From contig JAUCBJ010005952.1 of assembly GCA_032718475.1 (NCBI GenBank), positions 1-34,968 of the forward strand: a stretch of DNA of 34,968 nt. Reading direction: 5' to 3'. The notes beneath the pieces are model-generated. The model was given only the letters and a program-made list of their open reading frames with translations. It ran no database searches and had not been told where the DNA came from. Positions within the stretch are counted from its first letter, which is position 1. The number at the start of each line of letters is the position of its first letter. The stretch comes from Nemertoderma westbladi (Eukaryota; Animalia; Xenacoelomorpha). Positions 10,758 through 22,683 of this stretch are shown here, one piece after another. Both the position numbers and the translations under genes were made by a program.

Positions 10758-11532
10758 TATAATAGGTGGCCAATCTTAGAAAAAATCGCGACGTTTGCGA
10801 AATTTCGCGATCTTCGCCGAAGAAATGTTCAAAATCGTTGCCCTACTGCTTTTAAAGGGATAGTAATCAAGTGCCAAAAATTTTATAATTTGTGCACAAT
10901 GACATCCTGAATCGATACTATTACCAGAATTTTCATAAATGCTTATGTTCAAAAATTCTTAAAAAAAACAGATTTTTTTGCCAAATTTTGATACATTTAT
11001 ATTTCAGCTACAACAATGAAACAAAAAAATGTGGTAATAGTAGGTGTTAATGTTAAGCATCACCCAGTCATCATTTGTGCAAAATTTCACACAAATTCGT
11101 TCATTTTTAGAAAAGCCTTTGTATTTTGAAATTGAAATTTGTATTCTTCAGAAAACGCATTTAAAGTTTATGCATGGGGTAATTTTGTTCTTTGAAATGT
11201 TAGAATACAATCCTGCTGAAAATTATGTTGCAAGGGTTTTCCGGGTCGGTGATTTTATTTCTAAAGTCCGTTTACTCATTTGACAGAGTCATGTCTGTCT
11301 GTCGTTGCTGTCTGTCTGTCCGTAAAAATATAACCAACAGCTGAACTGACAAACAGACAATGTGGATGACATCAAACACGAAAAATGAAATCAGCAACCA
11401 GAATAACTCCCATAAAATAACTTTGATCGAGTTGGAGTGCTTTCCTAATATTTTGACAGAGATACAGACTGACAAACAGACAGACAATCAGTCATAAAAG
11501 ACTTCACTAAATGTGAAAACTGACTTTGGAAA

Positions 11533-12957
11533 GTAAAAGTAAAGTAAAGTAAATTTTCTTCGGCCGCTAGGCCAGTGATTACGCGCAAAGTCTGACGACT
11601 TATTTCCAGTGCGGTCTCCCCAGAACTTTACTCCCCAGAGGAAACTCCAGTACTCATTTAGCTACCACTTAAGGATGCAAGGCAGAGATGCGCCCTGCCT
11701 GGTCCCTTTAAAGCATTCGCGCCGAAACGAAAACTGCCCTAGCCCAAGTGATGATCGAACCCACGACCTACAGGAGATGTAGGTCCCTCTTATCTGACTC
11801 TACTGCGACACCCACCCTGTGGAATGGCAAACCAGTGTGTGGTATTTGTCCCGAGAGATGCCTCGGCAAAAAAGCACCCCCCAACCCCCACTATGTAGTT
11901 ATGGGGCTTCCTCCAGGGAGACACACTTGCACCATTCTTGTTTATAATTGTGGTTGACTATGTTCTACGCATGTCCTTAGATCATCATAATGATGATGGG
12001 GTGATGATAACTCCACCTACTTGCTCCAGAAGTCGAGGAAATCCTGCCAAGTACCTAACTGATCTAGACTTTGCTGATGACTTAGGAGTACTCTCAGAAT
12101 CACTAGAGGGAGCCCAACGGCTCCTCAGCTCATTAGAACATGCTGCTTCTAGTGTTGGTCTTTTTATTAACTCCAGAAAGACCAAAATTTTGACAGTTAA
12201 CTTTGAAAGTTCTCAGCAAGTCTCTGATCGGATGAGCATAAGCTCAAAGGATGGTATGCTTGAGCAGGTGGACGTCTTCTGTTACCTAGGATCGTGGATA
12301 CGGAAGTCAGATGAGGACCTTCTAATATGTAAGGGAAAGGCATGGGCAGTCTGGAATAGGCTTTCCGGGATTTGGAAGTCACAGAGAATTAATCGGAAAC
12401 TTAAGGTCCGATTATTTAGAGCAGCAGTAGTTCAAGTACTCCTCTATGGGAGTCCATGCTGGGCTCTAACTGCTGAGGACACCAAATCTCTGGATGGGAC
12501 ATTCACAAGAATGCTACGCCGGGTTCATTGTGTCAAGTACAAAGTACAATGCACACATCTCCAACCAGACACTATATAACATTGGAGGTGTCTCATTGGT
12601 TCCCCCAAGCTTGACACTAGAACAAAATCGTCTCCGCTTTGCAGGACATTGCTTTCGCCGTGAGGACAAGCCAGTGCATAATCTTGTACTTTGGCCGCCT
12701 CATGCAGTGAATAAGCATGGTGGACAGCCCATGACTTTCTTGAGACGCATCTTAAAGGACACTGGCCTTGAAGATGCGGATGATCTAGCAAATGTCATGG
12801 GTGATAGGGAGTTGTGGCGGTGCAATTTTGTCGATAAGCCGGCACAGCATTCTTAAAAATGCAGCTGCAATGCAGCATGCCGATCCTAGTAATAGTAGTA
12901 GTACAGGAGATGTGAATTCAATGCAACCACTACACCAAACCACTACACCAAGGTGGA
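11533..12957 (-). mobile_element. tRNA-derived SINE, interrupted between its A and B boxes by an RTE insertion
   Basis: Minus-strand A box TGGTGTAGTGG at 12937 (duplicated at 12950), B box GGTTCGATC at ~11762-11754, central (plus-strand) GTACTCATTT core and a (TTTAC)n tail at ~11533-11552. TTGGAAA flanks both sides (11526-11532, 12961-12967). Confidence 0.7.
11781..12901 (+). mobile_element. 5'-truncated RTE-clade non-LTR retrotransposon (RT C-terminal half)
   Basis: QGDTLAPFLF, LDFADDL, FCYLGS, LLYG...W and RLRFAGHC motifs; frameshift near 12535-12548; (TAG)n-like tail at 12887-12901; 12-bp TSD TACAGGAGATGT at 11769-11780 and 12902-12913. Confidence 0.9.
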
Positions 12958-14524
12958 ACCTTGGAAATGAAATCAGCGACCAAAAACCCAAAACAAAAAA
13001 TATGTTTTAGCTAGGTGGTATTAAGTTCTAATATTTAGACAGACAGATCGTCGGATAGACAGACAGACACGCATAGAGCCATAATATTTTTCGTTAAAAG
13101 AGAAAATTGACGTTTGGAATGAAATCAGCTACCAGGAAAACCTCCATGACATAACTTTTAGCTAGAAAGAATGCTTTTGTTATATTGTGACGGACAAACC
13201 GTCACAAACTCAATTCCAGACAGACAGTTTTGACAGATATTTACACAGAGTAAGGTTAACATGATCACTTATAACTTTTGGAGTACATTAGCTATTAACA
13301 AACGGTTGGTTTAAAGTTTTGAAACCCTCATAAAAATCTGCATCAGGGGGGGTGGGGGGGGGATTGAAAATGAACTTTTCTGAATCAGCTACCCTCAGGG
13401 ATTGATTGAAGCAGCCTGGATTTGACTGGGCAATGTCTCAATGTGAATGATATAATTAAGTGCCCCTGTAACAGTCTGAAATAACTCCCCATCAAACATG
13501 ACTCCCCAGTCTTCTCCCGTAGAGTCTTCTAGAATTTTGTGTATTATTTTATTTAATAGAATAAATGGCCTGCAGCGAACAATAATTCTTGCAATCTTTG
13601 AACGCCTATTTCTCAGCTGTTTCTCAACGAAATTCAGATATTGTTACATATATTTGGAATCCTTGCAACGCAGAGCTTTCTATTGATATGAAAATATTAC
13701 GACTAATGTGAAGAATGTCAATGATACGGATGGTGTGATTTCGCAAAAGACACTTTTTTAAAACGCTTATAAAAATATTTAAAGGCGAAATCAAAAATTC
13801 AGGCTTCATGGTAACAACCACGGTGAGTTGTACTAGTTGTGTTTCAAATTTGAAGCAATATGATAAAGATTTAAAGAAATTTTTTTATGGGGGGGGGGGG
13901 GGGGGGGGGGAGGGTCCTTGTCATTATATTGTGACACTATATTACGGGTCATGGTGTAATAGTTATTGCATTCAGTGTTTAACTATCGGTACAAGCTTTA
14001 AAAAATATCACTTTCGATTGCGGCAGTCGCACTGCAGTTATTATTCAAACCTAAAGTGGTTTTTTTGCAGGGAATCCTCCAAATAATGTACTGTATGTAC
14101 TAAATATGAATTTCATTGAGAAATAGCCGAGATATGGGCAGTTCGCAAGTTACATATCATTGTATGCGCTTCTATGTAGGCCATTTATTATATTTAATAA
14201 TCACACCATATTCTAGAACGTGATGTTTATGTAAGTTCCTGTTGTGTTACGTTTAACTCGGCTAATGGGATATTTATACTGAGCTTGAGAGATATTATAT
14301 AATTCGTAATTGGACCAACAATAAGGCCTACTGACATACTAATACTGTTAGTGGTATAACCGAAGCATGCCTGATCTAGTCGTTTCTAGTGAATCTAATA
14401 CAGTAAGTAGTGTTATTGACATCGGGAATTTGAGTTCGAGTGGACACTCGATGTTAATTAATGCTTGAACTTATAATTCCTAAGGATTTTGATAGGGTTT
14501 GTTGTTTTATTATTATTTCCATAC

Positions 14525-14786
14525 CTGGAATGAAACTTGGCTTATCAATCCCGGTATTTACTAAGAATATCACAGCAGATATACCATCAACTAAACTCTG
14601 AAAGATAATGTAAATGTCAAAATTTGTGATATCGTTTCGAACCATGGCATAGACAAAAACAATAAAGCCATTGAGAATAATTCCAATACTTCCCATGCAC
14701 ATCTGTATCACCAACATAATGGAGTCATTGATGGACTTTTCGGACACTGTAGGAGCAACTAATTGAACTGTAGAATTGTCTGCCAT
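14525..14786 (-). CDS. First coding exon of a class A (rhodopsin-like) GPCR, TM1-TM2; downstream exons not found, possibly a pseudogene
   Basis: N-terminal NST and NDS sequons, TM1 GSIGIILNGFIVFVY, TM2 IYIIFQSLVDGISAV, and donor CCAG|GTATGG at 14525/14524. Confidence 0.7.
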
Positions 14787-14942
14787 TATTTAAATTTTTA
14801 TAATTTGACTAAATTACCTAAAAGGTAGTCAGCTGGTGGTGTGCCGTGTGTTGTTAGAGGTGTTTCTCTATTCTGAATTGATATTTATCTTTGTAAAATA
14901 ATATTGTAACTTTTGTTATGATTCATTCTACAGAATGTGCTT

Positions 14943-17312
14943 CTACTACTACTACTACTACTAGGTCGAGCGAACTCGGACAGTGGAAATGAGATCCTTC
15001 CAGGCTTCCCGATTCTCCATAGTTGTCGCAATTTCGTTTCTCCCAAGTTCAGTATCCCTTTCAAGTTGATCTATATATGTTATGGCAGGTCGTCCATGAC
15101 TACGCTTTCCATGAGTTGGTTGCCAGAGAAGTAGATCTGGTATGACCTCGTCTTTACTTCGCCAGCAGTGCCCACTGAATCTTAATCTGCGTTCACGGAG
15201 GGTGGTTGATACAGGTGGTATTGTACCATAAAGCTCGGCGTTTGTCATGTGTTGTCTCCAGCTGATGTTTAGGGCTGCCCTTAGTAGTCTTGTGTAGCAA
15301 CCATCAATTCGTTGTTCAAGTGATTTAGTCAGTGTCCAGGTCTCACCCCCGTATAAAAATACACTTTCCACTGTGGCTCGAAAGAACTTAGTCTTCAGGT
15401 GCCTGGAGAGATCTGATTTCCAGATGGTATCCATTTTTGATAGAGCTACCCAAGCCTTTGCTTTCCTAACTTCTATGTGATTTTTGCTACTCTCTATCCA
15501 TGATCCAAGGTACTGGAAGTCATCGACCTTCCTTAGTTGATTATTATCAATGGTTGTCAAGTTTCCATCAATATTAAAGGTGATGAATTCGGTCTTGGTA
15601 GCATTTATATGCAATCCAACCTCCTTAGCAGCCCTCTCCACTTTATTTAGTAGAAGCTGTGCATCTGCTATGCTAGCGTATTAGAGTGCAGGGCGATGTC
15701 ATCCGCAAAGTCGGTGTCTGTGACTGTAGTTGCCGGATATCTACTACTTCTGCGTTCTTGAAGTGTGAATCCCAGATCTTCACCCTTTGTGGCCGTCCTC
15801 ATTGCGTAATCCAGCACAATTACAAATAGTAATGGTGCTAATGTGTGGATTGAGAAAAACTCAGTTTCACCATCTGGTGAGAGTACCTGCGCTTCTGTGT
15901 CACAATATAACAATCCAATGCCAGCAACAATTACTTCTGGTATTCCATAAGCTCTTAGGATTTCAAGCATTTTACCTCTATGGATGGAGTCGAATGCCTT
16001 CTTGAAGTCCACAAAAGTCATGACTGCGGGGAGATTCTTTGACTTAATTCCTTCAATCAGTCTCCGTAGTGCAAGTATCTGAGCTATTGTTGATCTACTT
16101 GGTCGAAATCCGTTTTGGCTCTTACGCAGTAGTTTCTCTATGTGAGGCCTAATCCTATATAGAATCATTTTATTGTATATTTTGGCAGCTATCACAAGCA
16201 GACAGATCCCACGATAGTTTGTTGGTATGCCGAGGTCTCCTTTCTTGGGGAGAGGCTTTAGTTGACCTTTAGTCCAAATTGGTGGTGGCTTTTCCCCTTT
16301 TAACATCCGGTTGCAAACATTCAATAATGGTCTATTTAGCACTCCGGTTTTCCATACCTCTGCTGGGATTTCATCTAATCCACTCGCTTTATTATTGGAC
16401 ATGCTTTTAATGCTTCTTTGGAGTTCGGCAGGTGTGAAGTCCCCTGTTTCTATAGGTAGTTTCTTGTCATATATTTTCCTTGTAGGGAGGGCTGACCTCG
16501 ATGTTTGGTGGCTGCCTAAGCAAGTTGCTGAAGTGATTTTTCCACTTCCCAACACGTTCTTCAGGACTATCGGCTTTGAGGCGCCCCTTTGCACAACTTT
16601 TCCGACCAGATACCTCATGTGGGCTGTTATTATATTCTGGTATATTGAATCGGTGGATTGGTCTTCATCCATTGACTGAAGTGCTTCAAAGCGGTTTTGA
16701 ACTTCTACTGTATAAGCATCCTTTACAGCATTGTCAGTTCTGAGTTTCTCCCAGTCATAGTTGATTTGCTTGCTTGTCCTGGGTTTGCTGGCTCTCAAAC
16801 TGAGTCTGATCTCTGCAGTCACAATTCTGTGGTCCGAACCAATTAGGTTGAACGAGCTGTATGCCTCGTAGTTGATCATGCTATTTCTCCACTTTTTGTT
16901 TATAAGGATGTAATCCAGTTGTGCTTTGGTTCCATTAGGGTATTGAAAGGTCCATAGCTTCCCCTTACTCTTTTCGAATGTGTTGTTTGTTGGTATCAAT
17001 TCGCATTCTTCCATTAGGTCTAAAAGTAAGTACCCATTTCTGTTAGAACTGGTGTTATAGGTGTAACCCTTGATGTATTCTGGGCCAATTTGCGCATTCA
17101 GGTCACCAGCAATGACTTTAACATTGTGTTTCGGGATGTCCTTAATAAGTCCAGTCAGTTCTTCATAAAACTTGACTGCTTGTTCTGGCTGCATTGGTTG
17201 GACTGTAGCAACATATAACTGTTGTCTTGGGATTCTCATCAAATGTTGCGATCATAACCCTGGAATTTATAGATTCGATGTTGTTTAGGGTCTTAAGTGC
17301 AAGTGTAAGTCT
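14943..17312 (-). mobile_element. 5'-truncated RTE-clade LINE (APE endonuclease plus RT), inactive
   Basis: APE motifs TVICCYSPTN, IAGDLNAQIG, QLDYILI and SDHRIV; RT motifs QNGFR, FVDFKKAFDSI and DFADDIAL; (TAG)n tail at 14943-14963; 10-bp TSD GAATGTGCTT at 14933-14942 and 17313-17322. The QG motif is deleted and a 5-bp duplication shifts the frame near 15668. Confidence 0.95.
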
Positions 17313-17325
17313 GAATGTGCTTTAA

Positions 17326-18881
17326 CCCTATTAGTACCGGGCTATAAAATGCTGTACAAATACCGGGAGGGGGTCATATTGACCCCCCCCTCTAAAATCT
17401 ACAAATATTTACGAAAACGTCTGATTTTTTGTTTGTACGTAGGTATCACTTGTCTGGATCCGACCGAAAAAAAAAATTTTCGAAAAAATGTACTGGGGTG
17501 GTTATATTGCAGCACCAAAATTACAAGTAGTGCACAATTTTCACAAAATTTGAAAGTTACATTTTCGGCTAATTATTTTTCAATACAGGTTTTCTGGGGT
17601 GCAAAATACATTGGAAAATATTTAAAAATGATATGATTACTATAAATGGCCGTTTAGTCCTCTCTGCGTAGGAAAAAAATGAAAAAAACAAGTAACCAGC
17701 ACTTTTCAGGTAGAACACAAAATTTTTAATTCACTTATACGATGCTATAAATTCACATTTTCAGGTTTTCGAGGGCGCTGATTCTAATGGAATACATTTC
17801 TAATATGCCAGATCATTGATACTTGTATTTTTCGGCGTAATTTGGCAAATTTTGGTGCTAGCACCAAATTTCGTACCCATCACCAAAAAGTACAAGTTTG
17901 CGATGTCCAGTGCTGTTTTTATGGATTCCATCGGATTCAGGACCCTCATAAACCCGTATAACGCAAGAAACAAGGTGATACTATCTACTGATAAATTTGC
18001 ATATTTTCCAAAATTTGGTGCTGGCACAACAATTTTCACCCACTGGCGAAAAATACCAGTTTGAGAACTCTTATGAAATTTTTACTGATTCCATTGAATT
18101 CAGAACCATCACAAACCCGTATAACGCAAGAAACAAGGTGACACAATCAATTGATATATTTGATGGTTTTCAAAATTTGGTGCTAGCACCACATTTTGCA
18201 CCCACATCCGAAAAATACAAGTTTGAGATGTCTAGTTCGATAATTATTTATTCCATTGAATTCAGAACAGCCATAAACCTCTAAAACGCAAGAAATAAAT
18301 TGTCACAAGCAATTTTATCTATCGAATGAATTTTCAAAATTTCGTGCTAGCACCAAAATTTGCACACAGCACCGAAAAATGCAAGTTTGATACGCTTGGT
18401 GCAACTCGTATATATTTCATCGAATCCAGAACCCCAAAAAACCCCAATTGCGTAAAAAACAAGTTTCAAACAATCAATTTACAAAATTGACATAGTTCAA
18501 AATTTGGTGCTGGCACCAAAATTTGTCACCCACCGAAAAAAACAAGTTTGAAATTTCTAAATCAATTTATATGAATTCCATCAAATTTCTAACACCAAAA
18601 AACCGGTGTAAATCAAAAATAGAGATGTTACAATTCATATTTAATGAAATGTAATTTTCAAAAAACGTCTCAAAAAAAGTGCCAAAAGTAGGGTTAAAAA
18701 ATGGTGCTATAACTCGAAAAGTACCCAATATTTTTGAAAACGGTTTTCACTACTAGGAAGACAATAGATTTTTAGGAAAAGTCATAAAATTTCAGATTCC
18801 CAACTGCGTTTGTTTCAGAATTATAATAAAAAAACCACGGGGGGGGTCATATTGACCCCCCCCCCCCCGGGTTTAATAGGG
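17326..18881. mobile_element. piggyBac-like non-autonomous DNA transposon with internal ~163-bp tandem repeats
   Basis: TTAA|CCCTATTA...TAATAGGG|TTAA termini, subterminal GGGGTCATATTGACCCC palindromes at both ends, and no transposase ORF. Confidence 0.85.
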
Positions 18882-20220
18882 TTAAAGCATTGCAAATAAT
18901 AATGGACGTAACATATAACAGTACAATTGTTTGTGAATCATAATATAATATTTCCGGTGTCTACCATATTAGAAAACAATGTAAAAATGGGCGAGAAAAT
19001 CAAACCATATCGAATCAAGATATTAACAAACTATTTTAATTTTGTGTATTTTGATATCTTGGTGAATTTTATCTGTTTACTTTCTGTAATTAATCTGATA
19101 GGTAGGCCTATTAATTAAATTAAAACCAATAAACTAATATTTTTTATATATTTTTACTATTAAGATAATGGCCTCCTGGCCCGTTGGCATAGCTATAGCT
19201 TAGCTTGATAACGTTTTCTCAAACTGACCTAAAACTGCCAAGTTTCAGGCTTGTACTGTATAAAAACATTAATGATACATTTTTGTTACAATTCCATTAA
19301 ATATATCGTCCCTTTCATTTTGAAATCACCTCTATGCCATTTTTGCCGAAATGGAGATTGCTGCATTACTTTATGTTAAAATGTATTCTGAATCTGATTA
19401 ACACACTTAGAAGGCCATACTCCCACGTATAACTGAGATATTTCTCGTTTTAAAACCACCTATATGCCAGTTTTGCATAGACTCCTTGATAAAGATTTTT
19501 TTTAAAACAACCTACTGTATATAACAGATTATACTATTATAAATAGTGTAAGCCCGGGAAACAATAAAATTGGAAACAACGAATCAGGAGCTAGAACGTT
19601 GTTTATTATGATAGGGGGAGATTTGATTTATCTTTTTAAAACTTCATAATCGAAGTTAAGGATTTTAATGCTTTTTGTGTAAACATTGTAAAAAATGTAA
19701 TAATTTTTTTAAAGCAACCTATATCCCTATACATTGTTTCCTACCTAATATGTGACATAATTCCAATACCATAACTATTTTTGTTTAAAATCGTTATATT
19801 TAATGGATTTAAGAGTAAATAAGACCAAAATCCTGGAATATTACTTGCAAACAAAATTAGAATCGAAAATTGCCGTTTTACAGGAAAAGTCAATTTTGTC
19901 ATTTAGGTTGTTTGAAAATGAAAGGGACGACATATGGAAGGCTGAAATGTGGAAAACTAACAATTATATGGGATGCGATTGGAGACTTTAATCAAATTTA
20001 AATGTAAGATATGATTTAATCATTTTTGCCCTTTTATAATAATTATTATCGTTATTTTTTCTCCACTAACCAATCAATGGCTGCAAAATAGAATTATAAT
20101 CTCTACTTCCAATTGGTTGTTTACTTCTACCACTACTGCTTATCTGTATCAACATCTTCAAGAATTGATAACATGTGAGATCATTAACGAAAGGTACACA
20201 ATTTGATATCATCAAAAGCT

Positions 20221-20471
20221 GAAAAAGTAGTGAATTATTTTTGTCGCTTTCATCCACCGTACGTGTACGCTTGTACCAGTACCAGGAACCGCCACCCTAT
20301 CCACAGACACATACGTTGAATTTTGGTCAATTTAGACTCACAAAGAAGTTTTCCTTTACAATTGATATAATAAAATAAACATTTTGTTTTTGCAGCTAAA
20401 TAATTATTGTACACCAACCTGAGACCATAAAGGCGGATAATACAAAGAAGGGGAAATACTGGAATGAGAAA
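20221..20471 (-). pseudogene. Diverged partial duplicate of the GATA first-coding-exon end and following intron (30570-30828)
   Basis: Colinear direct copy. It translates SHSSISPSLYYPPLWSQ|VG against SHSSISPSLYYPAKLWSQ|VG in the gene. Confidence 0.85.
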
Positions 20472-20538
20472 AGGTAGAAAGACTAAAAAACGAATAAAGA
20501 AAAAGTATAGAAAGACATAGAAATTTGTAAAGCAAATA

Positions 20539-20702
20539 CTTGGGTAGCTCTATCAAAAATGGATACCATCTGGAAATCAGACCTCTCCCGTCATATGAAC
20601 ACAAAGTTCTTTCGAACCACAGTGGAAAGTGTACTTTTATACGGGGGTGAGACCTGGACACTGACTAAATCACTTGAACAACGAATTGATGGTTGTTACG
20701 CA
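20539..20702 (+). mobile_element. ~165-bp internal fragment of the same RTE family as 14943-17312
   Basis: Close reverse complement of ~15292-15454 (WVALSKMDTIWKSDLSRH...LYGGETWTLTKSLEQRIDGCY); no tail or TSD seen. Confidence 0.9.
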
Positions 20703-20913
20703 AAGCTAATAAGGTTTCATATTTCAGCAAAAATACTGAAATATATATCACCAAAAATAATAAACCCTTTTTTTAAAATAGGTCAATATGTAATAAGTTT
20801 GCTAAATCGCTACAATATATATATCACAATAAATAATAAATATTTTCCTTTATATATGTTTATTATCGTCATATATTCATTACACCTTCTTTATATGATG
20901 AGGTGCCCTTTAT

Positions 20914-21051
20914 CTAATTGATTCTGCTAAACATCTTTTTAGCACGATTCTGGAAACTTTTAAGCTGAGCGGAATAGATAATTGGGTTGCAGAATATGTT
21001 GAAGAGAACCATGATGCGAACGAACACATGTATAGGAGTCCCCGTAGGATA
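20914..21051 (-). CDS. Terminal exon of a class A GPCR (TM7, helix 8, stop)
   Basis: TTTCAG acceptor, then YPTGTPIHVFVRIMVLFNIFCNPIIYSAQLKSFQNRAKKMFSRIN* with NPxxY. Phase 0, compatible with the TM6 exon. Confidence 0.8.
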   Translation of the reverse strand, partial: YPTGTPIHVFVRIMVLFNIFCNPIIYSAQLKSFQNRAKKMFSRIN

Positions 21052-21790
21052 CTGAAACAATTGCATTAGTAATAAACAAGACAGCATTTAAACTGCTTTA
21101 ATATTTATAAAATATGATGATGACCTACTAAAGATATCTTTAGTAGTTCAGTTATATTATCAATACGCCTAGAATATATAGAAATTTAGTTGTGTTACAA
21201 ATAAATAACATCAATGTATGAATCGCTTCGATGAATCGCTGTTATCTCTGTTGACTTCATTAAGGCCTTCTATTCCGTCTCACGATCACGTATGTTCAGC
21301 ATATTTGTGTCTACATGTGATGATGACAAGTTCCATTCGAAATCCTAATCTGAATGATCAGCCCACACTATAATACAACTCTTGCTACACGCACCTATGA
21401 CACAATCTGTCAACCCAGTTCAAAAGTCTGTACACAATTGGATGCCACCCCAACTGATGCTATAATAATGTTGATTATAATAATAATGATGTCATAATAT
21501 CCAGTAAACTTGATTTGCTGCGGAGAGTTGTGATTTTTTACGTATTTTGTATTTTGGGTATTTTGGGTGATTCCAGGAAAAAAATACGAAAAATATAGCA
21601 AAATATGAAATGTCCTATACTTTTCTGCTCACATATTTTTTTGTCGATTTTAACGGTTTAAAAAAATCTAATAGAATAATAATATGCAAAATAATAAAAT
21701 AAAAAATATTATAAAAAATAATGTATAATAATAAAGTATAAAGTCCTGTCTACACTATCTGTACTTGCTTTAATAGTGATGGTCACTTAC

Positions 21791-21906
21791 CACGTATCCT
21801 GTGACAAATCTTTGAATTTGGGTAATCGAATTTGGAATCCAACAAATACCAAAGAAAATTGAACAAATCAAAGCTGTGCGAATAATATTTGTAGACCTTT
21901 TATCTC
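21791..21906 (-). CDS. Class A GPCR internal exon (TM6)
   Basis: ATTACAG acceptor, DKRSTNIIRTALICSIFFGICWIPNSITQIQRFVTGYV with FxxCWxP, and a GTAAGT donor. Confidence 0.8.
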
Positions 21907-22660
21907 CTGTAATTAATAAAATTCCTGTACAATATGCTGCAATGCCCCGAAGGAAAAGTAATATTAAAAAATTATTAGGAGCCCGCTCGACAGCGGGATT
22001 TCTGTAAAAATCCCAGGTCATATAACACTTACTGACTGACTCACTCACCCACTGATCATAATCCAGGTTCAGGTACTTCCTGCCTGGCGTTTTTTATGAA
22101 ATTTTGCAAGTCATTGCTTTGGTAGTTCATAATCGCGTTACAAAATTTCAGATTGATTCTAATTGTGGTATTCGATATATTTCGTTTTTGGACATTATTT
22201 TGTCGCGAAATTAAATGTATTTAGACATTCATTGATAGCTGTGGCAAAGGAATACATAGAGAGTTGGCTGTAGGAGTATTATTGTTCGGGTCTGACCCAT
22301 TATAATACATCAAAGTCTGCCCTATTAATTAATTTGAAAAGCCAGCAAGCTGGCTATAAGAAGACAGCCCATAGACAAACGTAGTGTAGCTGGTTTGGTT
22401 CACTCCCCAGATAGTAATCCCGCCCCTAAACGTCATTATGAACCTAACATTTAAACGGCCCTGTGCTTATAATTCAATCAGCTGTCCTACCACCTATCAT
22501 AGCAGTGAGTAAAAAAATAGATATTCACATAGGATTCACTAGGAAGAGCTATTCAGCTGACGAACTGATACAAACTAACAGTTGTTCTTTAGCTTGGCTG
22601 AAGAAATCGAATTAGAATCCACTTGTTTGTTATATTGATGATATTATTACACACTCTCAG

Positions 22661-22683
22661 TCTCTCTCTCTCTCTCTCTCTCT
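22661..22683. repeat. (TC)n microsatellite
   Basis: About 11 uninterrupted TC units. Confidence 0.9.

Larger units (their letters stand above)
11230..13240. mobile_element. Interspersed repeat with AATGAAATCAGC.ACC...AAAACCC and (GACA)n modules, split by the SINE/RTE insertion at 11533-12957
   Basis: The module recurs at ~11384, ~12966 and ~13118 and is inverted at ~11232. The same modules occur at 32930-33350. Confidence 0.6.

Noticed and set aside
10851-10870. Kolobok-like terminus TTAA|AGGGATAGT
   Set aside because: No convincing matching right end was found.
22215-22320. Possible GPCR ECL2 exon (TLMYYNGSDP...SLCIPLP)
   Set aside because: Weak acceptor, no clear donor, and no transmembrane motif.
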